A stretch of DNA of 64,000 nucleotides, taken from positions 992,001 to 1,056,000 of the forward strand of contig OY760175.1 in NCBI GenBank assembly GCA_963663165.1. The letters are read 5' to 3'. Below, one piece after another: positions 53,674-64,000 of this stretch (its first letter is position 1; each line of letters begins with the position of its first letter). Origin of the DNA: an uncultured Desulfospira sp. (GTDB lineage: Bacteria; Desulfobacterota; Desulfobacteria; Desulfobacterales; Desulfobacteraceae). The position numbers were made by a program, and so were the translations under genes. Under the pieces are notes generated by a model that did no database searches, was not told the origin of the DNA, and saw nothing but the letters and a program-made list of their open reading frames with translations.

Positions 53674-55574
53674 CTTACTTTCCGCACCCCACTCCGATAA
53701 GATGTGAGTAATTTTAAGGGTTATAGAGGTCAAGGTGTAATGAAAACCTCCGGCTTGACATCAAGTGCTTTGAGATATTCCAGATGAACAGATTTCAAGG
53801 GTTTGGCAAGCTGTCTTTGGTTTCCGCTTTTAACCACAAGAACCGTATGGAACTTGGTTGACATCATGAATGAAGTGGGCCGTTTGGTCCTTCTTCTTAC
53901 CCAACCTGTCATTGTTGTCTGATTATCTTTGATATACAAACGCATAGCCCTTTCAATAAGGCGCCATATCAGCAATGAAATCAGCAAAATCATCCCGAGG
54001 ACTTCAATCCTTGAGTTTTTTTTCAGAAAAACGCTGTTGATGATAACGGGATCTTTTAGGAAGCCGAAGTTTTGTTCAATGCCGCTCTGGTTCTTATACA
54101 ATTTTAGAAGATCTTTAGCAGACCATTCAGATTCTTCCTGATGAGAAGTTAAGTTGGAAAGAAGTACAAAACATCCAGCTTCTTCCCGAAGAAATTGGAC
54201 CTTTTCTTCATCCTCATCAACGAAAAGGGTTATGCGATATTCAAATCTATCCGGAACGCGCGTCTCTCCCTTTTTCGGGCGGCCCCTCGAATATTTGGGC
54301 GCCTTATCAATGGTTGCCGATACGGTGAAAAGATCCGATTTTTTCGGCAACCGGGATATTTTTTCAACCGCAGCCTGGGCATCATCGTTGCAGTAATACG
54401 GTTCTGTGAGTAGTTTCTGGACCTGCTGTTCAAGCTCTTTTTTGTTCTTGCCTAATTGACGATCGATTTTTTTGTGTCGGCGCTTATCGTGAGCGCTGGA
54501 ATGTACGACCACCGCCCGATAAGTGGTCCCATACAAGGTCACGGTGGTCTCAAAGGCTTTGTAGTGTGCTGCCGGTCGTTTCTGTGTATCCTCTGTTTCA
54601 GCAAGGACACCGATATCAACCCAATTATCGGCCTGAACCGCTTCTTTGATAGCGCGGCTGCATTCATTATAAGTGGCCGGCAGCCGACTGACAAATTTTG
54701 TTTTTCCAGCTTTCCCAAGGTTATCTTCCGTTACAAAGGCAGAATCTGCAACATACACGAACGCATTTTCTTTAAGTCCATGGTTGGCCATGTGTTTGGA
54801 GATCGTAGTCAGCACTTCATTGTTCAAGGTCTTGTCGGATGCATTGCCATCCCGAGTCCCTCCAAATAAGGGAATGTTTCTGTCAACACACAGCATTTCA
54901 ACAAGGAACTGCTTTAGATCCGGACGCTTATCTTTGCTGTGGCCGTAAGTGATTTCAAACGGCTCATCTGTCATGGCGTAATCACCGTAAACACTGACAG
55001 ATGTTGTGTCATAGTGGGCTCCGGTCGGCTTGATTTGGAAACCATTGACAGCGTTCTGGCTCAATTGGCCGAATATCTTTTGGGTTCCTGTTTCAAAAAT
55101 TTTATCCAATGCACGGCCAATATTATGGTCTGTAAACTGTTCCAGGGATACTGCCTTGCCAAGCAGCAGTTCGATGTCTTTTTCGTCGAGAAAATCTTTT
55201 AACCGGTAAAGGGGTGATCTCCCGGACAGGGTATCCAAAACCATGCCGAGAACAACAGGGCCCGGCTGAAGATCCATCTGGGTATTCACCATCTGGTTGA
55301 TTGTTTCTACCAGATTTATCCGGCGGGCATATTCTTTGACTATGGGTAGGAACTGCACATCGGTTATTGTCAGACTGCCGAAGTCTTTGATTTCCATTTA
55401 ACCTCCAAGGTGTCTGTTGATTTGCTTTACTGGGAAATCGATATCACCTAGAAGGAAAAAAATCTAGTCTGAACAAAATTTATTTACTGAATAGAATTCA
55501 GTAAACTCTATCTACCTGAATTTATAGAATAATAAATTCACACTTATTTTTTATTTATGGGTGCGGAAAGTAAG
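53674..55574 (-). mobile_element. IS1634-family insertion sequence, 1901 bp
   Basis: Perfect 16-bp terminal inverted repeats CTTACTTTCCGCACCC/GGGTGCGGAAAGTAAG; 6-bp direct repeat TCTAAA at 53668-53673 and 55575-55580. Confidence 0.95.
53730..55397 (-). CDS. IS1634-family DDE transposase
   Basis: HYDTTSVSVYG, YGHSKDKRPDLKQ, GNASD, VADS, Y(2)Q(2)IEQNFGFLK. Confidence 0.93.
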   Translation of the reverse strand: MEIKDFGSLTITDVQFLPIVKEYARRINLVETINQMVNTQMDLQPGPVVLGMVLDTLSGRSPLYRLKDFLDEKDIELLLGKAVSLEQFTDHNIGRALDKIFETGTQKIFGQLSQNAVNGFQIKPTGAHYDTTSVSVYGDYAMTDEPFEITYGHSKDKRPDLKQFLVEMLCVDRNIPLFGGTRDGNASDKTLNNEVLTTISKHMANHGLKENAFVYVADSAFVTEDNLGKAGKTKFVSRLPATYNECSRAIKEAVQADNWVDIGVLAETEDTQKRPAAHYKAFETTVTLYGTTYRAVVVHSSAHDKRRHKKIDRQLGKNKKELEQQVQKLLTEPYYCNDDAQAAVEKISRLPKKSDLFTVSATIDKAPKYSRGRPKKGETRVPDRFEYRITLFVDEDEEKVQFLREEAGCFVLLSNLTSHQEESEWSAKDLLKLYKNQSGIEQNFGFLKDPVIINSVFLKKNSRIEVLGMILLISLLIWRLIERAMRLYIKDNQTTMTGWVRRRTKRPTSFMMSTKFHTVLVVKSGNQRQLAKPLKSVHLEYLKALDVKPEVFITP

Positions 55575-55612
55575 TCTAAATATGGATCAGCCACCTTTTT
55601 AAACAAAGAATA

Positions 55613-56734
55613 TTATTCCCTTCTCGGAAGATACACCCGCAACACCGTGGTGTTGGTTTTTTCCGATATTGAAAAATCAATGCTTCCCCCGTGCAGCTTT
55701 GCCGTGAGCATGGCAGAATACGTACCGATTCCGGTTCCATTGGTTTTCCCGTAAGTGGCAAATTTCTCAAAAAACCGGTTGCGGACCGGTTCCGGGATAA
55801 GCCCCTGATTCTCTATTTCAATCTTTATTCGGTCCGGTTCCCCGTCATAAATTCGGATATCGATGCATCCGTCATTAGGGGAGGCGTCCACGGCATTTGC
55901 AATCAGGTTGTTCATCATTGTGTAAAAAAGCATCTCATCGCACCAGAGAATATATGCCTGGTCAGGATCGGCAGGCCTGTGGTTTATTACAGTCCTCGAT
56001 TCAATATTTTTGGTGGACATTTTTTTGGAATTACCCATAAAAATCCGGTCAAAAATGGGCATTATATTCACCTGGGTCACATTGAGGGGACATATTCCCC
56101 GTTCCATTTTATACAGCATCATGGTCCGGTTGAGCATATCGACCATGGTAAAACAGGCGTTGATCTGGTCTTGCAGCAGCTTTTCCTGCCTTGCCCTGTC
56201 CATCTCGATTTTCCCGGGGGACTTCAGGAGTTGGGCCGCCCCGAGCACGAGCTGAATCGGGGTTTTCAGATCGTGCCGGTAGACCAGTTCCACCTGCTCG
56301 CGCAGTCGAATATTTTCTTTCAGGATTTCATTTTGATGGGCCAGCTCATTCCTGACCTTGGCAAGCTCCAGGTGGGTTTTGATTTTGGCCCGGATTACGG
56401 CGAAATTGAAGGGTTTGGTGATATAATCCACGGCACCCATTTCCAGTCCCCGGGTTTCATCCACCGTTTCTGTCAGGCAGGTCACAAAAATGACCAGTAC
56501 ATCCCGCAGCATGGGATCCTCTTTGATCTGCCGGCAAACTTCGAACCCGTCTATGCCGGGCATCAGTATATCCAGAAGCACCATGTCCGGCACGTCCTGC
56601 CGGATGCTTTCAAGAGCGCTTGCCCCGTCTAATGACACCCTTACCCGGTATCTTTCACCCAGACAGGCAACCAGGGCATCAATGTCCGTTTCACAGTCCT
56701 CCACCACCATTATAGCCTGCTTTTGATCACTCAT
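55613..56734 (-). CDS. Hybrid receiver-histidine kinase (REC-HisKA-HATPase)
   Basis: REC LLDILMPGIDG...KPF; H-box RHDLKTP; N-box NLIANA; GTGIG. Confidence 0.9.
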   Translation of the reverse strand: MSDQKQAIMVVEDCETDIDALVACLGERYRVRVSLDGASALESIRQDVPDMVLLDILMPGIDGFEVCRQIKEDPMLRDVLVIFVTCLTETVDETRGLEMGAVDYITKPFNFAVIRAKIKTHLELAKVRNELAHQNEILKENIRLREQVELVYRHDLKTPIQLVLGAAQLLKSPGKIEMDRARQEKLLQDQINACFTMVDMLNRTMMLYKMERGICPLNVTQVNIMPIFDRIFMGNSKKMSTKNIESRTVINHRPADPDQAYILWCDEMLFYTMMNNLIANAVDASPNDGCIDIRIYDGEPDRIKIEIENQGLIPEPVRNRFFEKFATYGKTNGTGIGTYSAMLTAKLHGGSIDFSISEKTNTTVLRVYLPRRE

Positions 56735-56755
56735 TTTTTTCTCTCATTCATAATA

Positions 56756-57846
56756 TTAGCATTCCAGAACTCTGATTTCATTATCATGGTCAGCAAATTC
56801 CGTTGCAATGGCCTTGAAATCCTGGGCAAGCACCTTAAAGGCATCCACCATTTCAGGATCAAAATGGCGGCCCCGCCCCTCAAGAATAATGTTCACCGCT
56901 TTTGAATGGGGAAACGCCGGTTTGTATACCCGCTGGGTGATCAATGCATCATAAACATCAGCAATGGCCATCAGGCGCCCCTCTACAGGAATTTCATTTC
57001 CTGAAAGGCTTGCGGATATCCGGAACCGTCCCATTTTTCGTGATGGGTCAAGGCAATGGACCCCGCACATTTTAAAAAAACCCCGATTTCCAGCCGCGCA
57101 TGACTGGTCGTCAATACTTTATACCCGAACAGGGCATGGGACTGCATGACTTTGAACTCATCTTCGGTGAGTTTTCCCGGCTTTTTCAGAATGGCGTCGG
57201 GTATGCCCACTTTTCCGATATCATGCAGTGGCGCAGATTTATAAATCCGGTTTATGATCTCTTCATTCAGAATTCGGCTGTACCCCGGAAGGGTTTTAAG
57301 ATAGTCGGCCAGACATTTGATATAATGCTGGGTTCGTTTGATATGTCCCCCTGTCTCAGGGTCCCTGAACTCCGCAAGGGCACCGATACTTTCCAGGCTC
57401 ATTTCCTGTGTTAATAACAGTTCCTTTGTTCGGCGGATAACCAGGCTTTCAAGGTGGTCTTTATGCTGTTTCAATTCCAGGTGATTCTTTACCCGGGCCT
57501 TGACCAACGCTGCCCGGAACGGCTTCGTGATATAGTCCACCGCCCCGAGCGCAAGCCCTTTGGCCTCATCCTCCTCTTCAGACAGGGCCGTCAGGAAAAC
57601 CACAGGGATATCCCGGGTGATCTTTTGGGACTTAAGCCTTGTGCACACCTCATATCCGTCAATTCCAGGCATGATGATATCCAATAAAATCAGGTCCGGC
57701 AGATGATTTCCAACGATTTCCAATGCGGATTCTCCGTCCATGGCCACGCTGACCCGGTAATCGTCGCCCAAAGCCTCCACCAGGATATCCACATTGGCTT
57801 CAACATCCTCTACAACCAGAACCCGCATCTGCGACAAGTCACCCAT
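56756..57846 (-). pseudogene. REC + HD-GYP c-di-GMP phosphodiesterase (RpfG-like), frameshifted near 57009
   Basis: One frame gives ...HDIGK...HHEKWDGSGYPQ. The continuation LSGNEIPVEGRLMAIADVYDAL...RVYK...HFDP is in another frame, and one added base joins them into 363 aa. Confidence 0.85.
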
Positions 57847-60800
57847 CTTCCTTTTGTCCTATATTTTCCAGTTTGGTAATCAGTTTATCAATGAGTTCTT
57901 CAGCCGGTTTAAACCGGTATTTTAATATCAGCCGGCCCAGTTCTGCCACATCAGGTCCAAACCCTTCGGGCCACTCACAGGCCCCGATCAATTTTATCCG
58001 GTCTTTTGCCGGTTTTGCTTCCCGTTTTTTCACGTACGGGCTAAGGTCTTGGAGCATGGCAGCAAGTTCAGCGCCCGACCTGGCAACCCCCTGCCCGCCC
58101 GGGGGGTCATTTTCAAAAATAGTGTTTAACAGCCGGTCAACAGAGGCCAATACCAGGGGAAGAATGTTAGACAAATCGGCCATTAAGGGAGGGTATTCCG
58201 AAACCGTTTCGTACCGAAATACGTTTTCCAGGTTTTCGGCAATGGACTGAAGATCTGTCATGCCGATGTTCCCGGACACCCCTTTAAGGGAGTGGGCAAA
58301 CCGTCTGGCCTCCTCATCCTGTCCTTTTTCAATGAGTTCGCTTAAGTCCTGATGGGCATTGGCATAGGTCTGTTTAAATTTATTGAGCAACTCCAGATAA
58401 AGGGCCTGGTTCTTGTCCAGGCGTGAAAGGGCCTGCTTAACCTCAATTCCCGGGACATCCCAAAGGGTTATCTCGCGGTCCGGTCTTTGCTCAAATCCCG
58501 GGGGCAGCGGCCGGGCCCCCGGCTTGATCCATCTGGCGAGGGCACTGAACAACTCGTTAAGGTCTATGGGCTTGCTCACATGGGCGTTCATGCCGGCATC
58601 CATGGCATTTGCCCGGTCCCGGGGCATGGCAGATGCGGTCATGGCAATGATGGGCAGCTCCCGGCCGTCCTTGTGCCGCCTGATTTCACGGGTGGCCTCA
58701 TAGCCGTCCATCACCGGCATCTGAAGGTCCATGAGGACCAGGTCAAACGCTTGGGCCAAGGCCATCGAAAAGCCTTCTTTCCCATTGTTTGCTATCTGGA
58801 CAAAAAAACCGGCGCTTTCCAGGATCTGCCTTGCAACCTGCTGGTTGATATCATGATCTTCTACCAGAAGAATTTGGGCACCCAGGATGTTGCGGGGAAG
58901 TTTCGGGTTCTTGGACCGTTTGCGTAAGATCCGTTTCTGTCCGCCAAAGGCACCGATAAGGCTGTTAAAAAGGGTGGAATGGGTCGCGGGTTTGACCAGG
59001 ATATCATCAATGGCCATTTTCTCGGCCATTGAAAGGGCCGTGCCATTCCCACAGGGGCAGGTTAATATTATTTTTGGCCGGCCGGCGCCGGACCCAAGTT
59101 TCCTGATCTCCCGTATGGTTTCAAATCCATCCATTTCCGGCATCTGAAGGTCAACCAATACCAGGTCATAGGGCTGTTCAGCAGACTTAATCATGGAAAG
59201 GCCCTCCTTTCCTGATGCAGCTTGCCGGGCCTTGAGAGAAAAGATACCCAGCATTTGCATAAAGATTTCCCTTGACGCCGAATTATCATCAATGACCAAT
59301 ATATTTATCTTTGCCATATCATCATTCAGTACCGGCAAAGGCCCTGATGCCATGCTGCCTTTTTCTAAGGGGACTGTGAAAGAAAAGGTACTGCCTTTGC
59401 CTGCCTGGCTTTTAACAGTGATTTGCCCCCCCATCATTTCAACGATTCGCTTTGAAATGGTCAAGCCAAGGCCCGTCCCTCCGTATCGCCTGGTGGTAGA
59501 AGAATCCCCCTGGCTGAACGCTTTGAATATTTTTTTTTGCTGTTCTCCGGTCATGCCGATGCCGCTGTCCGTGACTGAAAACTTTAAGACAATTTGATTG
59601 TCCGTCTTTTCCAGTACATCCGCCGATACCAGGATGTGGCCTTTTTCGGTAAATTTTACGGCATTATTGCCAAGGTTAACCAGAACCTGGTTCAGCCTTA
59701 AGGGGTCCCCTTTCAAACTGCCGGGTACCTCAGGGTCCAATCTGAACAATACTTCCAGATCTTTTTTCTTCTCTGCCTTGACGGTGATGAGGCCGGCAAG
59801 GTTCTCCATGGTTTCATCCAGACTGAATTCAATAATTTCCAAGTCCATTTTGCCGGCTTCAATTTTCGAAAAGTCCAGAATGTCGTTGATCAAATTTAAT
59901 AAGGATCTGGCCGAGATGTCGATTTTGTTCACATAATCTTTTTGCCGGTTATCCAGCCCTGTTTCCAGAATCAGGTGCGTCATGCCGATAACCGCATTCA
60001 TAGGGGTACGGATCTCATGGCTCATGTTGGCCAGAAATTGACTTTTGGCCTGGTCAGCATCCTGGGCTTTTCTCTTTTCCGCTTTGGCAACGGCCACAGC
60101 CCTGGCCAGTTTCTCGTGGCTTTCCATGAGGGCCTGTTCCGCCCGTTTGCGCTCGCCCACCTCTTTTTTTAATTTGCTGTTGGAAAATAAAATAATCCCC
60201 AGGATGGTTCCCGATACAAGGGTCATGCCCAGGATCCATCTGAACAGTAGATCCCAGTCTATCCGGTGTTCAAACTGCATGGAAATCCAGGAATTCCGAA
60301 TCTGGTCTTTTTCTGACTCCGGTATGGATTCAAGGGCTTTGTCGAGGATCCCCACAAGCTCGGGCCAGTCCCTTCTCACACCGATGGATAAATTAAACTT
60401 GTAAGGGGTAACCGCAGAAATTTTGATGTTGGTCAGCCCCAGTTTTTTGGTGCAATAAGTAATAGAGGCCAAATTTCCCACAAAAACGTCTGCATGGCCC
60501 TGACTGACCTGAATCAAGCCCTCATCGACGGATTCAGTGGGGGTTAGCTTTAGATATTCGTACCGGTTTCTAAGGATTTCGTGGGAAACATAATCTTTAA
60601 CCACCGCCACCTGCATTTTTCCAAGTTCATCAAGCCCGCCGATAAACGGAAAATCTGTCCTTGCCGCAACGACCATGGGAAAGGACAGATACGGTTTGGT
60701 AAATGACAAAAATTTTGCCCTGTCCAGGCTGGGTGAAATACAGGGGAAAATGTCAATTTGCCGGTCTTTTCCCATGCCAATGGCCCGGGACCAGGTCAAT

Positions 60801-63193
60801 CCCTTTAACGGGGCCATGGAAAGGCCAAGTTTTTTATTGATCCGCTTGACATATTCCGAGGAAAGGCCTGAATACTCGTCCTCTTTGGAAAAAAACTCAA
60901 AGGGCGGCCAGGCAGGATCAATCCCGAGCCTGATGTCGGGATGGGCTTTTAACCATTCTTTTTCCTTGCTGGAAAGGAAATCGTCAGTCTCGTGCTCCGT
61001 GTCACCGGGAAGTTCCAGCCACCGCTGGTTGATCAGCCTGTGAGACTCCTGGGAGATGTGTTCAATGGCTTTGTTAACGGATGAAACAAGCAGCGGCCAG
61101 TCTTTGCGTATCCCCATGCGCAGCCTGGATCCGGGCCATGGGGACGGGGCCGTGACTTTCAGGTCGTCGATCCCTGTCTTCCTGAACAGATATTTGATGA
61201 CCATAAGATTGCCGATATAAGCGTCGGAAATCCCTTTGCGGACACTCTCAAGGGCGGTCTGCGTATCGTTGACCGGTATGAGAATAACCTGGGGATATTC
61301 TTCCTTCAACCGGGTATGAAGCAGATACTTGTCCTCAATCGAAACGGTCCTGCCGGCCAGGGTTTCAACGCCTGAAATGCCCTGGCTCTTTTTGTGGGAG
61401 ACAATGACATAAGGGCAGACAAAATACGGATCACTAAATGCCAGATACCCTTCCCGGTCCCCGTCTCTGGCAATACAGGTGATGCCGTTTGCCTTTTTTG
61501 ACTTGACCAGATCCATCATCTGGCGCCAGCTATAATCGGTGATCACCTCAAACCGGATGCCGAGTCGGCGGCCGATCAGCTTGATATAGTCGGCGGCCAC
61601 ACCTTTGTAATGGCCTGTCCGGTCGGCAAATCCAATAGGGGGCCATTTGGCATCGCCTAAAATGGGAATCACCTGGTGGGATTTGAGCCATTTTTTTTCC
61701 TCGGGACTCAGTATGGACGCCAGAGAATCCGCCCCAAAACGGCGCATATTCGGATCTTTTATCCATCTGGCCTCAATATCCGCGAGTTCTACGGCGGAAA
61801 GGGCCTTCAGACCTTTGTTGACTGTGCCGATCAGTTGTGGGTTATTTCCGGCCACGCCCGCATGAAGGGTGTGGGTTACCCGCCCTTCCGGCATAAGGCC
61901 GTACACCCCCTGCTCGCCCCTGAGTTCAAGCTGTGCCGAGACATAGGGCAGTTCAGCGAAAAATACATCAAAGGTTCCCTGGGAAGCTTCCTGAATAATA
62001 TCCTGGGCTGAGGACAGAACATGGACGGATTTGGCATCGGCTTTCAGATGATTAAATTGAACCGTCCCGCCTTCAACCCCGATTTTTCTATCGCCCAAAG
62101 CGCGAAGACTTTGGGGCGCCCCCGGACCAAGCCTGTAAAAAAAGCCGCTTTCCAACTGGTAAAACGGCTGGGAAAATTTAAAAATTTTTTCGCGTTTTTC
62201 AGACCTGAACAGCCCTGAATGGATGTCCGCACGGCCATCCTCAAGGGCTGTCAGGGATTGTTCCCAGTCAAAAAATTTAAACTGTATTTTTTTTCCTGTT
62301 TTGACGGACCAGAGCCGCCACAGGTCTACCAGCATGCCCGAAGGATTCCCGGAGGCACTGACCATGGACATGGGGGGATAATCATTGCAGCAGGCAATGA
62401 CCAGGATGTCGTCTTTTGAATCCTTTGTTCTTCCGGTCCATTTCTGGATAACCGTCTCTTTTTCAGCAGGGTCAATGGCCGCCATTCCGGTTTTGATAAT
62501 CTCGGCAAGTGTATGGTTTCCGTGGCGCACCGCGCAAAACCAGCTGGCTTCGTAAAGGGGGTCCTGTTCAAAATACCGGTACTGGTCTGCAATCCCTTTT
62601 TCATCAAGCAACGCCAGTGCAATATTGGTATCTTTGACAAAGGCAATAATATCGCCTGATTTCACCGCATCAAAAAGGGACCGGTTATCTGGAAAAACAG
62701 CCAGATAGGCCTGGGGCATTCTCATTTTCAAATAAGAAATAGCGGCATCTCCTTCAATGATGCCGATCCGAAACCCCCTTAAATCATCAAGGTTTTTCAC
62801 CCCCAGTATATTTTTCCTGAAAAAGAAATGGGTGCTGACTTTTGCTACAGGGGAAACGAAATCCAGTTTTTCACTTCGCTTTGGATTGTAAAAACAGCCC
62901 CCGTGGATATCCGCTTTGCCCTCATAAACGGCGGTCAGTGTCTGTGAAAAGGGCATGGGGTTGAATATGACTTTTATGCCGGACCGCTCTGACCACAGCT
63001 TCCAGATATCGACCACCAGGCCTGAAGGACGTTGCTTGCGGTCTAAAAAATAATAAGGAACGCTGTCGTTTCCGACGGCGACGACAACCTGCTCCGGTAC
63101 TGGACTGCCCGGGGAATCCGATACCATTACCAGGCACACGGACACAACAACTAAAACAGATCGAACAAACAAGCTGAGATTTTCCACACGCAT
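57839..63193 (-). CDS. BvgS/EvgS-like hybrid sensor kinase (4 periplasmic binding domains, HisKA, HATPase, 2 REC, Hpt)
   Basis: Four SBP_bac_3-like repeats (SVPY, YPPM, WPPI, WPPF), a TM segment, FLANMSHEIRTP, GGTGLGL, two DLQMP receivers and AHSLKG. Confidence 0.93.
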   Translation of the reverse strand: MRVENLSLFVRSVLVVVSVCLVMVSDSPGSPVPEQVVVAVGNDSVPYYFLDRKQRPSGLVVDIWKLWSERSGIKVIFNPMPFSQTLTAVYEGKADIHGGCFYNPKRSEKLDFVSPVAKVSTHFFFRKNILGVKNLDDLRGFRIGIIEGDAAISYLKMRMPQAYLAVFPDNRSLFDAVKSGDIIAFVKDTNIALALLDEKGIADQYRYFEQDPLYEASWFCAVRHGNHTLAEIIKTGMAAIDPAEKETVIQKWTGRTKDSKDDILVIACCNDYPPMSMVSASGNPSGMLVDLWRLWSVKTGKKIQFKFFDWEQSLTALEDGRADIHSGLFRSEKREKIFKFSQPFYQLESGFFYRLGPGAPQSLRALGDRKIGVEGGTVQFNHLKADAKSVHVLSSAQDIIQEASQGTFDVFFAELPYVSAQLELRGEQGVYGLMPEGRVTHTLHAGVAGNNPQLIGTVNKGLKALSAVELADIEARWIKDPNMRRFGADSLASILSPEEKKWLKSHQVIPILGDAKWPPIGFADRTGHYKGVAADYIKLIGRRLGIRFEVITDYSWRQMMDLVKSKKANGITCIARDGDREGYLAFSDPYFVCPYVIVSHKKSQGISGVETLAGRTVSIEDKYLLHTRLKEEYPQVILIPVNDTQTALESVRKGISDAYIGNLMVIKYLFRKTGIDDLKVTAPSPWPGSRLRMGIRKDWPLLVSSVNKAIEHISQESHRLINQRWLELPGDTEHETDDFLSSKEKEWLKAHPDIRLGIDPAWPPFEFFSKEDEYSGLSSEYVKRINKKLGLSMAPLKGLTWSRAIGMGKDRQIDIFPCISPSLDRAKFLSFTKPYLSFPMVVAARTDFPFIGGLDELGKMQVAVVKDYVSHEILRNRYEYLKLTPTESVDEGLIQVSQGHADVFVGNLASITYCTKKLGLTNIKISAVTPYKFNLSIGVRRDWPELVGILDKALESIPESEKDQIRNSWISMQFEHRIDWDLLFRWILGMTLVSGTILGIILFSNSKLKKEVGERKRAEQALMESHEKLARAVAVAKAEKRKAQDADQAKSQFLANMSHEIRTPMNAVIGMTHLILETGLDNRQKDYVNKIDISARSLLNLINDILDFSKIEAGKMDLEIIEFSLDETMENLAGLITVKAEKKKDLEVLFRLDPEVPGSLKGDPLRLNQVLVNLGNNAVKFTEKGHILVSADVLEKTDNQIVLKFSVTDSGIGMTGEQQKKIFKAFSQGDSSTTRRYGGTGLGLTISKRIVEMMGGQITVKSQAGKGSTFSFTVPLEKGSMASGPLPVLNDDMAKINILVIDDNSASREIFMQMLGIFSLKARQAASGKEGLSMIKSAEQPYDLVLVDLQMPEMDGFETIREIRKLGSGAGRPKIILTCPCGNGTALSMAEKMAIDDILVKPATHSTLFNSLIGAFGGQKRILRKRSKNPKLPRNILGAQILLVEDHDINQQVARQILESAGFFVQIANNGKEGFSMALAQAFDLVLMDLQMPVMDGYEATREIRRHKDGRELPIIAMTASAMPRDRANAMDAGMNAHVSKPIDLNELFSALARWIKPGARPLPPGFEQRPDREITLWDVPGIEVKQALSRLDKNQALYLELLNKFKQTYANAHQDLSELIEKGQDEEARRFAHSLKGVSGNIGMTDLQSIAENLENVFRYETVSEYPPLMADLSNILPLVLASVDRLLNTIFENDPPGGQGVARSGAELAAMLQDLSPYVKKREAKPAKDRIKLIGACEWPEGFGPDVAELGRLILKYRFKPAEELIDKLITKLENIGQKEDG

Positions 63194-63380
63194 TCTATCG
63201 TCCGTAGAGATTACACTGTTGTGAGGATCTATGACTGGGCATTTTATCCGCTTTTAACCCATGCATACCATTTTCCAATCAGCCATGCAATGAAGAAACT
63301 GCCGACAACATCGCCCCGGGATGAACCCGAAGCCATAGTCAGGGACATTCATATGCCCAAAAGGCTTTACCTGAGCTTAG

Positions 63381-64000
63381 TTAAAATTTTGTTGGAAAGC
63401 AGGCGGCCGCCGCATCATGAATTAAAGGCCGAAACAAACGGATCCGCTCATTGGCCCGGGACGGATGGGTCCGGTTGGTCAGCAGAATAACGATCAGGCC
63501 GGATTCAGGATCAATCCAGAACGACGTGCCGGTAAACCCGAGATGGCCTACTGATTTTTTTGAAAACCATTTTCCGGCCGAAGACCTTTCCGGCGACGGG
63601 CTGTCAAACCCGGCCACCATGTCCTGACCCGGATATTTTTTCACAAGGGCAGCCATCACATCAGGGCTGAAAACCTTACCGGGATCACCGCAAAGCGCCT
63701 TTAGAACCTCACAGCAGAAAATATGGACACTTGCCGCATCCCCGAAAAGGCCGGCATGCCCTTCAATGCCGCCGACTGCCCAGGCATTGTCGTCGTCCAC
63801 TTCTCCTGTCAGGGTTTTGTCCCGCCAGGGACAGAACTGGGTGGAAACCAGCCGCGGGCTTATCCGGCTGTCAAGATATGAGGTTTTATCAAGCCCGGTC
63901 CCAGATCCCGGTTCAAGTTCGATAAAAAACAGGTCTCTGATCCCAAGGGGCTGAAAAACCATATTTGCTGCGGCCCGGTCAATTCTTTTGCCCAAAAGGG
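63381..64000 (-). CDS. Serine hydrolase / beta-lactamase class C-like protein, 3' part
   Basis: GEVDDDNA, GHAGLFG, GHLGFTGTSFWIDP, LLTNR; the 5' end lies outside the window. Confidence 0.85.
   Translation of the reverse strand, partial: LLGKRIDRAAANMVFQPLGIRDLFFIELEPGSGTGLDKTSYLDSRISPRLVSTQFCPWRDKTLTGEVDDDNAWAVGGIEGHAGLFGDAASVHIFCCEVLKALCGDPGKVFSPDVMAALVKKYPGQDMVAGFDSPSPERSSAGKWFSKKSVGHLGFTGTSFWIDPESGLIVILLTNRTHPSRANERIRLFRPLIHDAAAACFPTKF

Noticed and set aside
63262..63277. Sigma54-like TGGAAA-ATGGT-ATGCA upstream of the hybrid kinase
   Set aside because: The spacing fits, but three consensus mismatches make it too weak to list as a feature.

Overview
Bacterial chromosomal window. Gene content and rRNA sequence point to a sulfate-reducing Desulfobacteraceae-type organism (inference). 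From left to right it holds: (1) a partial mfd with a USP / CLC-CBS / HTH-EIIA operon; (2) a sigma54-type CstA operon with two small partner genes and a diverged ArsA-like ATPase, split by a putative Na+/H+ antiporter; (3) a ~14 kb redox and sulfur-stress cluster with three rubredoxin-fold genes missing from the ORF track, FprA, ferritin-like proteins, MsrAB, RND efflux, rhodanese, flavoproteins and an FrdX-like ferredoxin with an FNR/HcpR box; (4) a complete rRNA operon (16S, tRNA-Ile, tRNA-Ala, 23S, 5S; minus strand); (5) tyrS, rny, 6S RNA, zapAB, a truncated glmU, the atp genes for b', b and F1, and mreBCD-mrdA-rodA; (6) an intact IS1634-family element; (7) a hybrid two-component cluster with a frameshifted HD-GYP gene. 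The most notable signals are non-coding. The 23S gene carries two intervening sequences (helices 25 and 45) built from the same 7-nt-period inverted arms, and one encodes a four-helix-bundle (Avd-like) protein. Free-standing heptad-repeat hairpins of the same geometry occur elsewhere, two of them 104 bp and identical. A ~85-nt two-hairpin motif with a GGA loop occurs four times, always in the sense of the downstream gene. A separate covarying ~125-165 nt palindromic element occurs three times, once inside the rRNA spacer.
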